DNA of 59,353 nucleotides, filler included, from Piptocephalis cylindrospora (taxonomy: Eukaryota): NCBI GenBank assembly GCA_003614145.1. It is 7 parts of 7 records of this genome, joined end to end, with 100 filler letters (N's around TTAATTAATTAA, not from the genome) between each part and the next. Parts side by side here need not be neighbours in the genome. Positions count along the whole stretch, not along the records: positions 34,104 to 42,504 come from KZ988151.1; positions 42,605 to 50,950 come from KZ988152.1; 5 more parts are not named here. One strand, written 5' to 3'. The notes under the pieces were generated by a model, which made no database searches, was not told the DNA's origin, and was given only the letters and a program-made list of their open reading frames with translations. The position numbers were made by a program, and so were the translations under genes. Shown here piece after piece: positions 37,658 to 48,831 of this stretch (within the stretch, counting starts at the first letter, position 1; every line of letters starts with the position of its first letter).

Positions 37658-38196
37658 ATGTCTGCCCCCGCCAAGTCCTTCCTCGGCCGTCTACTCGCTC
37701 CCCTTGCCCGGCCCTACCGTGCTGCTACCCAGTACCCCCGCATCGGTAGGTCATTTCCTTTTTTTCCCCTTGACAGCCTGGAAATTGTGGGCAGGTCTAG
37801 ATGCACGATGAACTCTCCATAACCTCCTCGCCCCTTCTTCTCACCCTTCTTTGCGTCCCTTATCTAGGACTGCGGTATGATGACCTGATCGACGAGGAAA
37901 ACGATGTTGTCAAGGAGGCTCTTCGTCGTCTACCTCAGAACGAGGTGGACGGACGTGTCATGCGCATCCGCCGTGCCATGCAGTGCTCCCTCTCTCACTC
38001 GGAGCTTCCTAAGAACGAATGGACCACCGTTGAACAGGTAGGCTTTAATAGATCTGGCATGTCCGAAGGGTGCTAGTCCTCTAACGCCACTTTATCCCCT
38101 CAGGATGTCCGGTACTTGACCCCGCTTGTCGAGGAGGTCAAGCGTGAGGTTGCCGAGAGGCAAGCTTACGACTCCATGGAAGTGGCGTCCAAATAA
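37658..38196 (+). CDS. QCR7: Cytochrome bc1 complex subunit 7, 3 exons, 116 aa
   Basis: Exons 37658-37745, 37868-38037 and 38104-38196. Sequence GLRYDDLIDEENDVVKEALRRLP..RVMRIRRAMQCSLSHSELPKNEWT..DVRYLTPLVEEV..ER. Confidence 0.95.
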
Positions 38197-39041
38197 GGAA
38201 ATATCCATTTTCTTCTGATTTCCATAAAGGTCTTATGGAGGACTGTCTGTTGGATCAGTCCTTTCCTTTTCCTTTTCCACTCTCTTCCTCTCTTCTTTTT
38301 TTCCCTCAAGCACCGACGGATAGTGATGCTTCATAGATACATCACTTTCTGCTTCTATCTGAACGGCGACGTGGCTGACGAGCATATGAGGGGGCGTGCG
38401 TCCTTGCTAAGGCTAAACTGTTCATTCATACCGTTAGCATCAACACATTATAGCCTTACTGGGGGCTATCCGTCTAGATTAGAGCGAAATTATTCTCGTT
38501 TGCATACTCCCGTTAAATTGATCCTCTTCGATCGACCTTGCTCCTTTACTATCTAACGGTGTGTCTCTAGTCCATGTGCTACTAGCTCTGTCTAAACTAC
38601 CATAGCATATCATACTATACACCACTCACCCGATCTTCCTATACTACTGCTGCTACTATGGATTTGAATGCACCCCTAGATGGGAGACAATAATAGCTAT
38701 CGGAGTTGAGTTGCTCGTGAAAACTCCAGCCTTGATCTCTCGCCTCCCTGATCTTCCATCAGGAATGGACAATTATGGCTCTGCCTGCCCCATTGCCAGA
38801 GCCTATACTCCCCATTCTTTCATGGCGCCTCACCATCCAGATCGACCGATTCTATCAACCCATTGGTCTCCGTTTCCATTTCAAGGCTTTTTTGGGGATT
38901 CCCTCCCCATCCATTATCCCCGTCTTCCTCTTCCTCCTTCCCTTCCCTGTTTCTTTCATCCTATCCCCCTTCTACCTATCTTATTTCTCCTCCCTTTCTA
39001 GCTATCTTTATTCCCTATACTTCTTGGGCCCCTATGTGCCA

Positions 39042-40394
39042 ATGGACTTGACCAAGGATAGTTTGTACAATTGGGAAATTCCGGCGAATACGCCTTGCCG
39101 TTGGACGGTAAACGTTACCCAATGCATTGATTCAGAGTATTATTGCACCGTCGCCCTCATTTCCCTTATCCTTGCCTGCTTCCTACTGCCCACCACCTGC
39201 TCCATTCTCTATTTGTCTCGGATAAAAAGGAAGGATTGGACTCGACCGTGGAGGTGGAGTGGGGCTCTAATCTACTATGCGAGTATCGGCCTTGCCAGCG
39301 TGTTCATCATCGTCTTTGATGTACTCGTGTACGTTGATGTTCAAGGATCCTACTGGACTCGGTATTTCTTCTTCGAAGGCAGTTTCACAATTATCTTCCT
39401 TGGTCTCACCCCCTTCTTCCGCACCCTCACTGCCCCCACTTCTATGCGCTTGCCTACCGGTGAACGGGAGAAACCCTCATGGATGCATCGGATCATCCAG
39501 GGTTTCCCCCTCCTCGTCATCGTCTCATGTATCATCGTGATCTTTCGGGGAGTGTTTATGGACTGGAACATGAGCTGGGCCTCGGACCTGGTTGCTAGCA
39601 TTGGTCTGTCCCTCACCTTCCTCATAACCCTCATCATCTCGTACGTGTGCGGGGTTCATGGCCATCGCTTCTCCTCCCTCCTTAATGATCGTATTCTCTC
39701 GGTCGAGGAAAGGACCAATCAAGGCCAGCATCCTATCTATGTCGTTCAGCCCACGTCGCGCGGTCAATCGGTTGTCCGATCGGCTTCCCGGGTCAACCTG
39801 ACCTCATCCCCCACGTCCTCCATCTCCGAGGCTCCACGATCACAGGAGGGTCATACTGATCGCCCTTTCCCCACGAAGTGCTCTTATCAGCACAGATCTC
39901 CCCCGATCAACATGACCATCGTGGAGGCCCGGGCCGTCGTCCTGAAAATTACCTTTGTTAATGCCTTTCTCTGCATAGCTTCCACCCTCTCCAGTGCTAT
40001 CTCCCTTATTATGGCCATCCTTCCATCTCGTCTATTTACCATCATTCCCCTCTCCAAGTTTATCTTTACTTTCGTCCAGATCGGAATCCCTCTCACATTG
40101 GAGTTTACCATGATCTGTAACCTGTACACCGAGCTTCGACGTCGTCGACTCAACGATAACCTCCTCCAGTCTCATCACGAGATTACTCTCCTTGATCAAG
40201 CAAAGTCCATTCATCACTCGGTTGCTTTTGCCTCCCGATACAACGGTACAGACGCTGAGCATATGGGGGACGAGGAAGATGAAATAAGAGTAGAAGAGGT
40301 AGTGGAGGAGGAGGAAGACGGTACTAGGGAGGCTGGACACATTTATTTACATCCTCTTCCCCCAACAAGAAGTTGGAGTAGAGATAAGATGTAA
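39042..40394 (+). CDS. Orphan 7-TM membrane protein (GPCR-like), paralogue A, intronless, ~450 aa
   Basis: Seven hydrophobic segments, a long polar loop between TM5 and TM6, and an acidic tail. The start is placed at MDLTKDSL by alignment with the paralogue at 41147. Confidence 0.8.
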   Translation: MDLTKDSLYNWEIPANTPCRWTVNVTQCIDSEYYCTVALISLILACFLLPTTCSILYLSRIKRKDWTRPWRWSGALIYYASIGLASVFIIVFDVLVYVDVQGSYWTRYFFFEGSFTIIFLGLTPFFRTLTAPTSMRLPTGEREKPSWMHRIIQGFPLLVIVSCIIVIFRGVFMDWNMSWASDLVASIGLSLTFLITLIISYVCGVHGHRFSSLLNDRILSVEERTNQGQHPIYVVQPTSRGQSVVRSASRVNLTSSPTSSISEAPRSQEGHTDRPFPTKCSYQHRSPPINMTIVEARAVVLKITFVNAFLCIASTLSSAISLIMAILPSRLFTIIPLSKFIFTFVQIGIPLTLEFTMICNLYTELRRRRLNDNLLQSHHEITLLDQAKSIHHSVAFASRYNGTDAEHMGDEEDEIRVEEVVEEEEDGTREAGHIYLHPLPPTRSWSRDKM

Positions 40395-41146
40395 TAGACA
40401 CCTTTATTTAACATATGCATATGTTGGATATCTAAAGCACAAGCTTGGCCCTACAATGAAAACCTTTCAACTTTATATAGTTATATCATTAGAAGGTATC
40501 TATCTAGTTGAGCGTGGAAATTTTCTACTTTTGATACTCAATGTGCATACACTCTCCCTCCCTCTACTGGATCACCCCACATCCCTCACCCTACATCAAT
40601 GCATCCTAGAGGTCTTTAGAATATTGGGTTCCAATTACTACTATCTTGATGATTGGGGTCTCCCAAGGTATGGGCCATGCCACTGACCACCATCGCATCA
40701 AAGGGCGTCAACTCCGATAGTATGGCATATTCACACCCCTCTCCACATCGGTACAAATTCCACCCGATAGACCTGACCATAAGGAGCCAGCATTCCCTAG
40801 CAGAGCATTGGTCCTGCTCAGGATATCTTGCGAAACCGGACCACCCTGGTTCTTTGTCTTCCTGCGGCCTCGATGAAGTATCACTAACTTATAGCAACTG
40901 TCTACTACTCCACACATCTTAAGGGCCTCCTAGGATGAATGCGACGATCCTACCTGATTCCCACTAATAATGTAGTAGGTTGCTGAGGGCGCGGATAGCC
41001 CTCAAAATCATCACCTCGCTGGGGGTATATATATCACTTCATGGTCTACGTCCATGTCTACCGAAACATTTTTCATCCCCTTCACTCTCCTTTCCTTTCA
41101 TACGTTCTCCTAATCATTCTCCTGCTGCTCAAAAGCAAATGTCCTG

Positions 41147-42388
41147 ATGGATCTGACCAAGGATAGTCTTTTTGACCCGGTAAATCCAGACCTGACGCCT
41201 TGCCGATGGACGGCCAACATACAGAGATGCCATGATGCATCCTTTTTTAATGTTGGCATACTCCTGTCATTGGCCTTATCCTCTTTCTTGCCCCCCACGG
41301 CCTTTTGTCTCCTCTATCTCTCCAGGACTAAGGGAAGGGCTTGGCTGCGACCTTGGACATGGAATACTACTAGTATCTACTATGTCAGCATGGGTCTCAC
41401 TGGTTCTGCGTACATGCTTTACGCCATCATCGTGTACGTCGATGTCCCTAGTCCTTACTGGCCCAGACATATGCTTTTTGATCTTCCCTACACCTTGGTC
41501 CTCTTAGGTGTCGTCCCCATCCTTCATACCCTCACTGCTCCCTCCTCCCTATCACTGCCCTCGGGAGGCCACGGGATTCACGCCCGACCATCTATCATGT
41601 ATCGTCTTGTGCAGGGGCTTCCAGTTATTATCCTTCTCGCCATGATCCTCGTGTTCTTTCGTGCCCTCCTCACCGATTGGGAGATGAACCTGGCATCGGA
41701 TATCTGCACCTCTATTTCTTTAAGCCTTACTTGCATCACCACTCTCTTCATGTCCTACACTTGCTACGTTCACGGACGTCGATTTTCCGCCCTTCTCAGC
41801 GAGCGCATCCTCTCGATCGAGGAACAGGCCGAGTCTAGGCAATCCATCCCTATCTATCCGATCTCGGAACTTCACTCCTCCACTCGTTCCTTTTCCCACA
41901 TTGGTTCTAGTCAAATGGGCATGAGCCGTGCGGATCCTTCCAGGCCAAATGCTCCACCTCTACGGGCTCGAGTTACTCTGACTACTAATGAGGCACGGGC
42001 TGTCTTGCTCAAGGCGGTGTACGTCAATACAATCATTGCCCTGGCCGCCGCCCTATCTTGTATCGTCTCCTTCCTCATGGCTATTCTTCCTTCCCGTGTC
42101 TTCGCTATCCTTCCCCTCTCCAAGGCCGCATTCATCTCGGTCCAAGTGGCAGTTCCGGGCCTTCTGGAAGCTACCCTCGCGTGTAACCTCTACACTGAGT
42201 ATTGCCGGCGTCGTACCAATCAAGCCTTGTGTGAGGCTCAAAGATCCATTAGCCTCTTTGATCAGGCAAAATCCCTACACCACACCATCATCCATTCTAA
42301 TGGTACCGAAGGGAGTCAAACTGTCCTGGTAGAGGGGACCATCCTAATCGAGGAAGAGGACACCTTCGCGGAGACCGATTGCTCCTAA
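41147..42388 (+). CDS. Orphan 7-TM membrane protein (GPCR-like), paralogue B, intronless, 413 aa
   Basis: Colinear with paralogue A over its whole length: MDLTKDSL, TPCRWT.N...C, RPW.W, VYVDV, TLTAP.S, DW.M..ASD, VHG.RFS.LL..RILS.EE, EARAV.LK, MAILPSR.F.I.PLSK, CNLYTE..RRR.N, DQAKS.HH. Confidence 0.85.
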   Translation: MDLTKDSLFDPVNPDLTPCRWTANIQRCHDASFFNVGILLSLALSSFLPPTAFCLLYLSRTKGRAWLRPWTWNTTSIYYVSMGLTGSAYMLYAIIVYVDVPSPYWPRHMLFDLPYTLVLLGVVPILHTLTAPSSLSLPSGGHGIHARPSIMYRLVQGLPVIILLAMILVFFRALLTDWEMNLASDICTSISLSLTCITTLFMSYTCYVHGRRFSALLSERILSIEEQAESRQSIPIYPISELHSSTRSFSHIGSSQMGMSRADPSRPNAPPLRARVTLTTNEARAVLLKAVYVNTIIALAAALSCIVSFLMAILPSRVFAILPLSKAAFISVQVAVPGLLEATLACNLYTEYCRRRTNQALCEAQRSISLFDQAKSLHHTIIHSNGTEGSQTVLVEGTILIEEEDTFAETDCS

Positions 42389-42504
42389 GCTGAGCTCACA
42401 TCTCATAACAATAAGAGGGGAAGACGTGTTATGTGCATTTATGAACCCTATCCTGCTGACCCTGACCGTCTTGATACCTGGATGTTTTACTCATAATAGC
42501 CGCC

Positions 42505-42604
42505 NNNNNNNNNNNNNNNNNNNNNNNNNNNNNNNNNNNNNNNNNNNNTTAATTAATTAANNNNNNNNNNNNNNNNNNNNNNNNNNNNNNNNNNNNNNNN
42601 NNNN
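42505..42604. other. Artificial contig linker
   Basis: N44-TTAATTAATTAA-N44. Confidence 0.99.
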
Positions 42605-42698
42605 GTACGAGAATCAACGAAGACGAGAGAAAAAAAAAAAGACACACCACCATCCGCTACATAGTCATGGTATTATTAGGGGGTGTATGGGATTTTCC

Positions 42699-43670
42699 TC
42701 ATCCCATCCACCCAAATAGTCGGTCGCGTAGGGATCTATGGTCGGCAGTACGAACGTTGCCTGCAACCGTCCTGTGCAATGGCACATCACATTCGACACG
42801 AGGTGCTGCCTCGGGAATGGAGGTTTGGGACAAGTCATGAAAATCATCTCTACGCCGGCGAGGCGGGCCAGGGAGTGTGTCCTGAGGTGCATAGGGAGTA
42901 TGGTCAGGACGGACAGTATGACTTGACCTTAGTCCTTGAGAAGACCTAGGAAAGGAAAGGGTCCGGCCGAAGGATTGAAAGTGGGAGGTGTACTGGGTGG
43001 CGGGGGAGTGATCAAAGGTCAAGGACGTGCCCTTGATACTACGACATGACATGGTCGGGTCCAAAAAGGCACGACGACGCATCTCGTCGTACTGGATGAC
43101 CCGGACTCCCGAGGGCTTCTGGGCCATGCGGTCTGGGACAATATCCCTACTCCATCGACTATCATCCAGGGATACAGTCCCTGGGGGAGGAGGGGAGGGG
43201 GATTCGGAGCACCTAGACATCCTACTCATTTGACTGTGCGAGGTGGACCGACATTGAAGACGGTGGTGATCATGAGGCTCAACATCCGAGTCCGAATGAA
43301 GAGTAGAGAAATGGGCATTCGCAGGGCCAGGTGGAGGTGATTGGGGATAGGAACCTGTGTGGACGCATTGGGTTTCCCCTCGAGGACTGGCGGAGCACCT
43401 GGCCCGGGAGGACCGGTTGTCCCGACCTCCAAATAATCCATCGGTCATACCAATCGGCGGACGGATCATGTCGACGGGGGCGTTGAACCGAGTGGTGTCC
43501 ACGGCGTGCTCCAGATGCAGCTCCTCACGAACGCCATGCCGCGCGTGATCGGGGATACTACTGGCGGTGGGAGTGTAGATGTTCTGGACGGTGGACATGT
43601 TCCTATAGAGCCGATCAGCACTGGACATGATCGGACTATGATGGGGTGAGATGATTTGAGTACCTCCCAT
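42699..43670 (-). CDS. Hypothetical protein, paralogue of 47255-48394 (~323 aa)
   Basis: First ATG (MGGTQ) at 43670. Shares three conserved blocks with ORF 47255-48394. Confidence 0.75.
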   Translation of the reverse strand: MGGTQIISPHHSPIMSSADRLYRNMSTVQNIYTPTASSIPDHARHGVREELHLEHAVDTTRFNAPVDMIRPPIGMTDGLFGGRDNRSSRARCSASPRGETQCVHTGSYPQSPPPGPANAHFSTLHSDSDVEPHDHHRLQCRSTSHSQMSRMSRCSESPSPPPPGTVSLDDSRWSRDIVPDRMAQKPSGVRVIQYDEMRRRAFLDPTMSCRSIKGTSLTFDHSPATQYTSHFQSFGRTLSFPRSSQGLRSSHTVRPDHTPYAPQDTLPGPPRRRRDDFHDLSQTSIPEAAPRVECDVPLHRTVAGNVRTADHRSLRDRLFGWMG

Positions 43671-46600
43671 GGCTGGTGTGTGCGTATGTGTGTGTGTGTG
43701 TGTGTGTGTTGGAGTTGAGCGACTGGGGAAGTGAGATAAATGAGGTTGGGCAGCAAGATGTTTCAAGGGATGAGCCGAGTGAAAGGAAGAAGGATAGGAC
43801 AGCAAGGATGTTAGTCTTTTGGATGAATAGTGAATAGAGGGAGGGAAGGATCTGAAAGACCGGTCGAGCGGCCTCTACTTATACTTATTCCACAAGGGGG
43901 CACAGAGAGAGAGACTGGTTTCAATGTCATGAGCTCGAGCATCTCGCCTCTCCTCTTACTCATCAAAGCAATACGGGATGAAAGATTCTACCCAGTTTGG
44001 TTTAGTGTGATCTGACCTGGATTATGAAATAACCACACCCAAGTGTGCAGTAAGGACTGGCCGGCCATAAACCCCTCCCCCGTTTTCCCAGTCACACGCA
44101 CACCCCAGAAACTAGGAACCAATGGAAAGGCCATACACACCACCCTTCCCCGCACAAAGTCAAATCCTGCCAATGACCGACCATCATCGTGTGGGTTCCG
44201 GAATGTGACTGCCAATCTCTCCGGAAGCGCCTGTTGGGTCTCGGAGCCGTCTCAGTGAGCTGGAAGGGGATCAAAGACTGTGTAAATTGTCAAGGAAGAG
44301 GAATATTGGTCAGCAGCAGGATGTGCGCATAGAGACGGACGAGTATACACGCCGGTCATCTAAATGGGATACAAATGGACCTGGGAAGAAATGGACAAGA
44401 CCCTTTTGTAGATACCCTCTTCCCCACATCATCCTATTCAAAGTCCGTTTAAAGAGGATCCTACATGCTCACAATGCTAATTCTGCCCTGCTGTTCTCTG
44501 TCGAACCTCCGTAGGGTCTCCCCCCTCGTAGATGGGATGTAGACTTGGTTGAACGCATGCTCTTAGAGAGGGGCTCACTCCAGATCCACAGGTCACATGG
44601 ACATGAACAGAGATGAAGAGAGTCATCCTGTCCAGGGAAGGAGGGAAAGTGAGGATAGGGAAAAGGCAAGGTATTCTCTTGCTCTTCCCATGCCTCCGTC
44701 CTAGCACTATCCATGGGGTTGTTCAATAAAGCACCCAAATCCTCAGTGTAGGAGAGTACGGGGCCTCTATTCTCGTTCGGCCGAGACGATCCCATTCTCT
44801 TCCGAATCTCCCAAAGACCATCTCATCTCTCTTGAACTAGCTGCCTTTCGCGATATGATAGAGGTGGATGATATCACTATCCAGCCCGTGCCCCCCAAAG
44901 TTGTATCGGTCCAATACTCTCTCCGATTTTCATATCCCGCATAGTTTGCTCTTCTCCACACCTCTCTTTCACCATTGGGGAGAGTGAATGAGGATGAATA
45001 CACCCGGTGGGGCCCTTTAGTAGGAAAATCTGAGTTTTAATGGTTATTTTTCAATCTGTTAATGTACCCGGGAAGGAAAAAGAAGCGAGGAGGGGGCTCA
45101 TCGATGTCTGAATTCAAGTCGGGTGATACCGGGGGACAGGGGGCACATACATGTGGAGTGACACACATGTGCAACGACGATGAGGCGAGTTCCCCTCCCC
45201 GCACAATGAGTGTGGCAGTGCACACAAGAGAAATCACTGAACCAGTAGGATAATAGAGGGGGAGCCATGTGAAGGGAGCTGTGTCTCCCTCACCCTGCCA
45301 GCTGAATGCGGCTTTGTCCTTCTAGATCGCCTCGTGTGAGTAGGAGGATCACACAGTGGAAACATCCAAGCACGTACGCATAGGATCCACATATCACATT
45401 TCCCTGAGAGAGCGGCTTACATAAGGCTTTTCTCGCCCTTGATCAGGGAAAATTGAGTGAAAATGGACATTATATTCCTATCCTTTTGCACAACTACCCT
45501 CTTCCCCCGATGATCGGACATAAAAAGTGCTAAAAATATGAATTGTATTCCATTTTCATGGACGAAACGTGCCAAGAAAAAGTCCACCCTCATCCTACCG
45601 TCACTATGCCAAGGAGCCTCTGCGATCAGTGCAGAGACCATAGGGCTATTTTTAGTCCTTCTTGGCCCCTCCCCCCCTTCATAGATCGATGGATCGCATC
45701 CTGTCCAGCCAGACAATTATTCCTCTTGGCCCGACGGATCAACCCCTTGGCACATGTGTAATAAGGAATAAAGCACGATAGATACGACAATCTAAACGAT
45801 TCGCTTCATCCTCCAAGCGTAATCCATAGACACTCGAGTGTCCATCGGGACACAACGTATCGTGAGCAAGGACTGATGATACGCATTCCCTGATGGATGA
45901 CGCCAAACTAGGAGCCTCTTACAGTGGTACCCATCCCCAGGCGGGATGAGTCACCGCACCCCCAACAAAGATGATCTAGGCCTCCTGAAAAGATGGATAA
46001 AAGAGCCCATCGGGGACGAAGATGATGATAAGGATCCGACATCCCAACCCGGCCCCCTCGGAGTTGCTATTCCCTTTTTGGAAGAGATACGTTCACCATC
46101 GATATCCAAGATGCCGATTCCCTCTGTCCCTATCTGATGAATGGGCTGAGAGCAGCCAAAAATACACTCCTTCCATCATCCAATGGACTGATCCTTGGAT
46201 GAGGACTTTTCCTTTCCCTTTTTTTCCCTCTTCCCTCCCTGTATCACACAGTTCTCGATTACCTCGCCGGAAAACCCCGCGGAGCCTTCCTTATCGCCTT
46301 ACCCTCCGGAAAGAGATGGACGGAGATGAAGGAGAGGTCGGAGACGAAATACATCAGGAGAAAACCACCATGCTTTAGATAAGCGGGGCCGTGTGTCCTC
46401 TCTTGGTCATCCAATGATGTCGAGGCCAACGATAAGAGAGAAGACGACCCATCCCGCCCATCGTGTGCCTCCACACACCCCTGCTCTACGTCCTTAGAGG
46501 CTAAAGATAAGACACATGTCTAAGGAGATGGCGTGCGCCAAGGCCCTCATCAGGACACTGTGGTTCCCCCTCACCCCATTCTGCCCCCATGAGTGAGTGG

Positions 46601-47095
46601 TCTAGGGCAATCGCGCTTCAACGTGAGCGCATCTCCCCGTCTCATTCTTCATCACACATCAGCGCACTAAGGCCAAGTGATTGGCGAAGTCATACCTGGG
46701 TGTGGGAGGAGGGCTGAAGAAACCCTTACACAGATAAGGAAATGATTGGTGGGGTCGTACCTCCGATATCGATAAGCCCCCCCCCCCCACACATCCTCTT
46801 TCTCTGACCGAGTCCCCAGTTTCCAGTCTCACGCACACATTGGGTCGGACGACACCGGATAAGAGGAACCTGATGCGGGACCATACGAAAACATCAGAGG
46901 GGGAACACACGTCAGTGCGCCTCGTGTGTATGTGTGTGTAACTCATAGGATAGGGTACCCGGATAAGGGAAAAGGGAGGGGCTCACATCCTGTGTGAGGA
47001 AAGACCGGGTTAGCACATCTTGCACATACGGAAGGGTGGGTTGGGGTTCCCCCCTGATCATCATGTCGTGAAATGGGGTGGGATAGCCTATTGGT

Positions 47096-47103
47096 TATAA
47101 AAG
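47096..47103 (+). promoter_or_regulatory. Putative TATA box of gene 47255
   Basis: TATAAAAG (context GGTTATAAAAG) followed by a pyrimidine-rich leader, 159 nt upstream of the ATG. Confidence 0.5.
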
Positions 47104-47254
47104 AGGAGCAAGGCTGGGCATCATGTCCTTGTCCCCTCCCTCCTTTCTCCATCTCATCCTTCCCTGCCTGACCAACCTGTCGTCCCCTCCTGCGCTTTTC
47201 TCTTCCATCCTTTTCACTTGATCTCTCTCTCCTCTCCCTCTCCATCATCTCACC

Positions 47255-48394
47255 ATGGAAGATATCAGACACGTCAGTCACTCTCCCAAACCCACTCGGC
47301 CAAAGAAGAGCCAGCTCTTCAGCAAGCACAGCGCCTCCCATGCCTCCGATTTGACCCCTACCGCCAGCTACATCCCTGATCACAACCGTGAATGGATCCG
47401 CGAAGAGCTGATGATGGATCACGCCGTCGACAACACCCGCTTCAATGCCCCAACCGACATGATCCGTCCACCCATTGGCATGACCGACTCTCTCTTCGGC
47501 GGTCGTGACCAAGCCGGCCCCTCCAGCTGCCCTCCAAGCCCCCGGGGTGAGACCAAGTGCATCAGCAAGTCCTCCTATCCCCGTATGCCTCCCCCGGGCC
47601 CCGGAAGCTCCGCATTTGTCACCAGCCACCACGACGGTGGCAGCGAATACTACGGGTCTCGGAGTGCTACCCCCGTCCACCCCATCAGCGGCCATGCATC
47701 CCCTCGCTCCGGCGCCAGGACACCCGTGTCCCGTGCCAATAGCCTCACCCCCGACGCCTGGCATCGTGCTCCACCCCCCGCCGGATCCAACGGTTCGTCC
47801 ACCCCCCGATCCACCAGTGGTCGCGTCACCCCCCAGTCCCGGTATGGATACGTCCCCTCCCATACCCCTCCTCCCGGCCTTGTCAGTCTCGATGACAGCC
47901 GGTGGCGTAGGGATGTCATCCCTGATCACCTGTCCCGCACGCCCTCAGGCGTCTCCTACCTTCAGCAGGAGGAGATGCAGCGTCGCGCCATGCATGACCC
48001 TCTCCACCATCCCGGACCCAACGATAGCCGTATTGGCGGTCGCTCCACCACCTTCCATCACTTCCCCACCCAGGGTCACCGCACCGCCCCCGTCTCCCCC
48101 TCCTCGACCGACAGCGGCTCCAAGAGCCTCAACCGTCGTCACTCCACATATGCCTTCCACGACGACCTGCCTCCAGTCCCTCAGCGCAAGGCCCGTGGTA
48201 ACCGTGGTTCCCACGATGAAGATGATCACCATCATGTCGCCTTCACCGCCTCGCCCCAAGCTCACGAGAGCGAGGACTCCTCTCGGTCCTCCTCCTCTCA
48301 TGAGAAGATCAAGAAGAGCTCCTCGGGTATCCGCCGTAAAGTTGCCTCCTTCTTTAGCAAGACGCCCTCACCCCGATCCACCCCGGTCATCTAA
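47255..48394 (+). CDS. Hypothetical Ser/Pro/His-rich protein, paralogue of 42699-43670 (379 aa)
   Basis: Strong C-ending codon bias like the kinesin gene, CACCATGG start context, and conserved blocks shared with the paralogue. Confidence 0.85.
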   Translation: MEDIRHVSHSPKPTRPKKSQLFSKHSASHASDLTPTASYIPDHNREWIREELMMDHAVDNTRFNAPTDMIRPPIGMTDSLFGGRDQAGPSSCPPSPRGETKCISKSSYPRMPPPGPGSSAFVTSHHDGGSEYYGSRSATPVHPISGHASPRSGARTPVSRANSLTPDAWHRAPPPAGSNGSSTPRSTSGRVTPQSRYGYVPSHTPPPGLVSLDDSRWRRDVIPDHLSRTPSGVSYLQQEEMQRRAMHDPLHHPGPNDSRIGGRSTTFHHFPTQGHRTAPVSPSSTDSGSKSLNRRHSTYAFHDDLPPVPQRKARGNRGSHDEDDHHHVAFTASPQAHESEDSSRSSSSHEKIKKSSSGIRRKVASFFSKTPSPRSTPVI

Positions 48395-48657
48395 ACTTGA
48401 AGAGGATCAAGTGTTGCCATAGAGAGGGAGGAGGATGCCCAATCTCCCCGGGCTTCCTCTATCTATCTACCCTCGTGTACCAAGATGTGTGTGTCCTTTA
48501 AACCACCCATAAGGGTGTGTGCCCCACCAGAATAATTTAAACAATGTGTCTTTTTTAAACGGTGATCTCATATGTATGTAGTTCGTCCCATGGTTCGTGG
48601 CGATTGTCGTCGCGCTGTTCACACATCATAGCATGAAAGAGAGAGAAAGGGAAGGTA

Positions 48658-48682
48658 GTGTGTGTGTGTGTGTGTGTGTGTG
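48658..48682. repeat. (GT)n microsatellite
   Basis: About 12 GT units. Confidence 0.9.
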
Positions 48683-48831
48683 CACCCTCTCACTCAATAC
48701 ATAGTCCAAACATATACCATGGTCCGTCGGGGAGAGCAGAGTGTAAAAAGAGAAAAGGGGATATGAATCAATAAAGTATGCATCCCATGTATACAAAACT
48801 GAGAAAAAAGAAATACGCATTTAAATCTCAT

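Noticed and set aside
38323..38380. Possible box C/D snoRNA (GTGATGC...CTGA)
   Set aside because: Imperfect C box, no terminal stem, and no rRNA guide that I can recognise.
38775..39041. 89-aa N-terminal extension of 7TM paralogue A
   Set aside because: Pyrimidine-rich leader-like sequence; similarity to paralogue B begins exactly at MDLTKDSL (39042).
44469..45003. Small ORFs between the head-to-head paralogues
   Set aside because: No recognisable motif, codon bias or convincing splice model.
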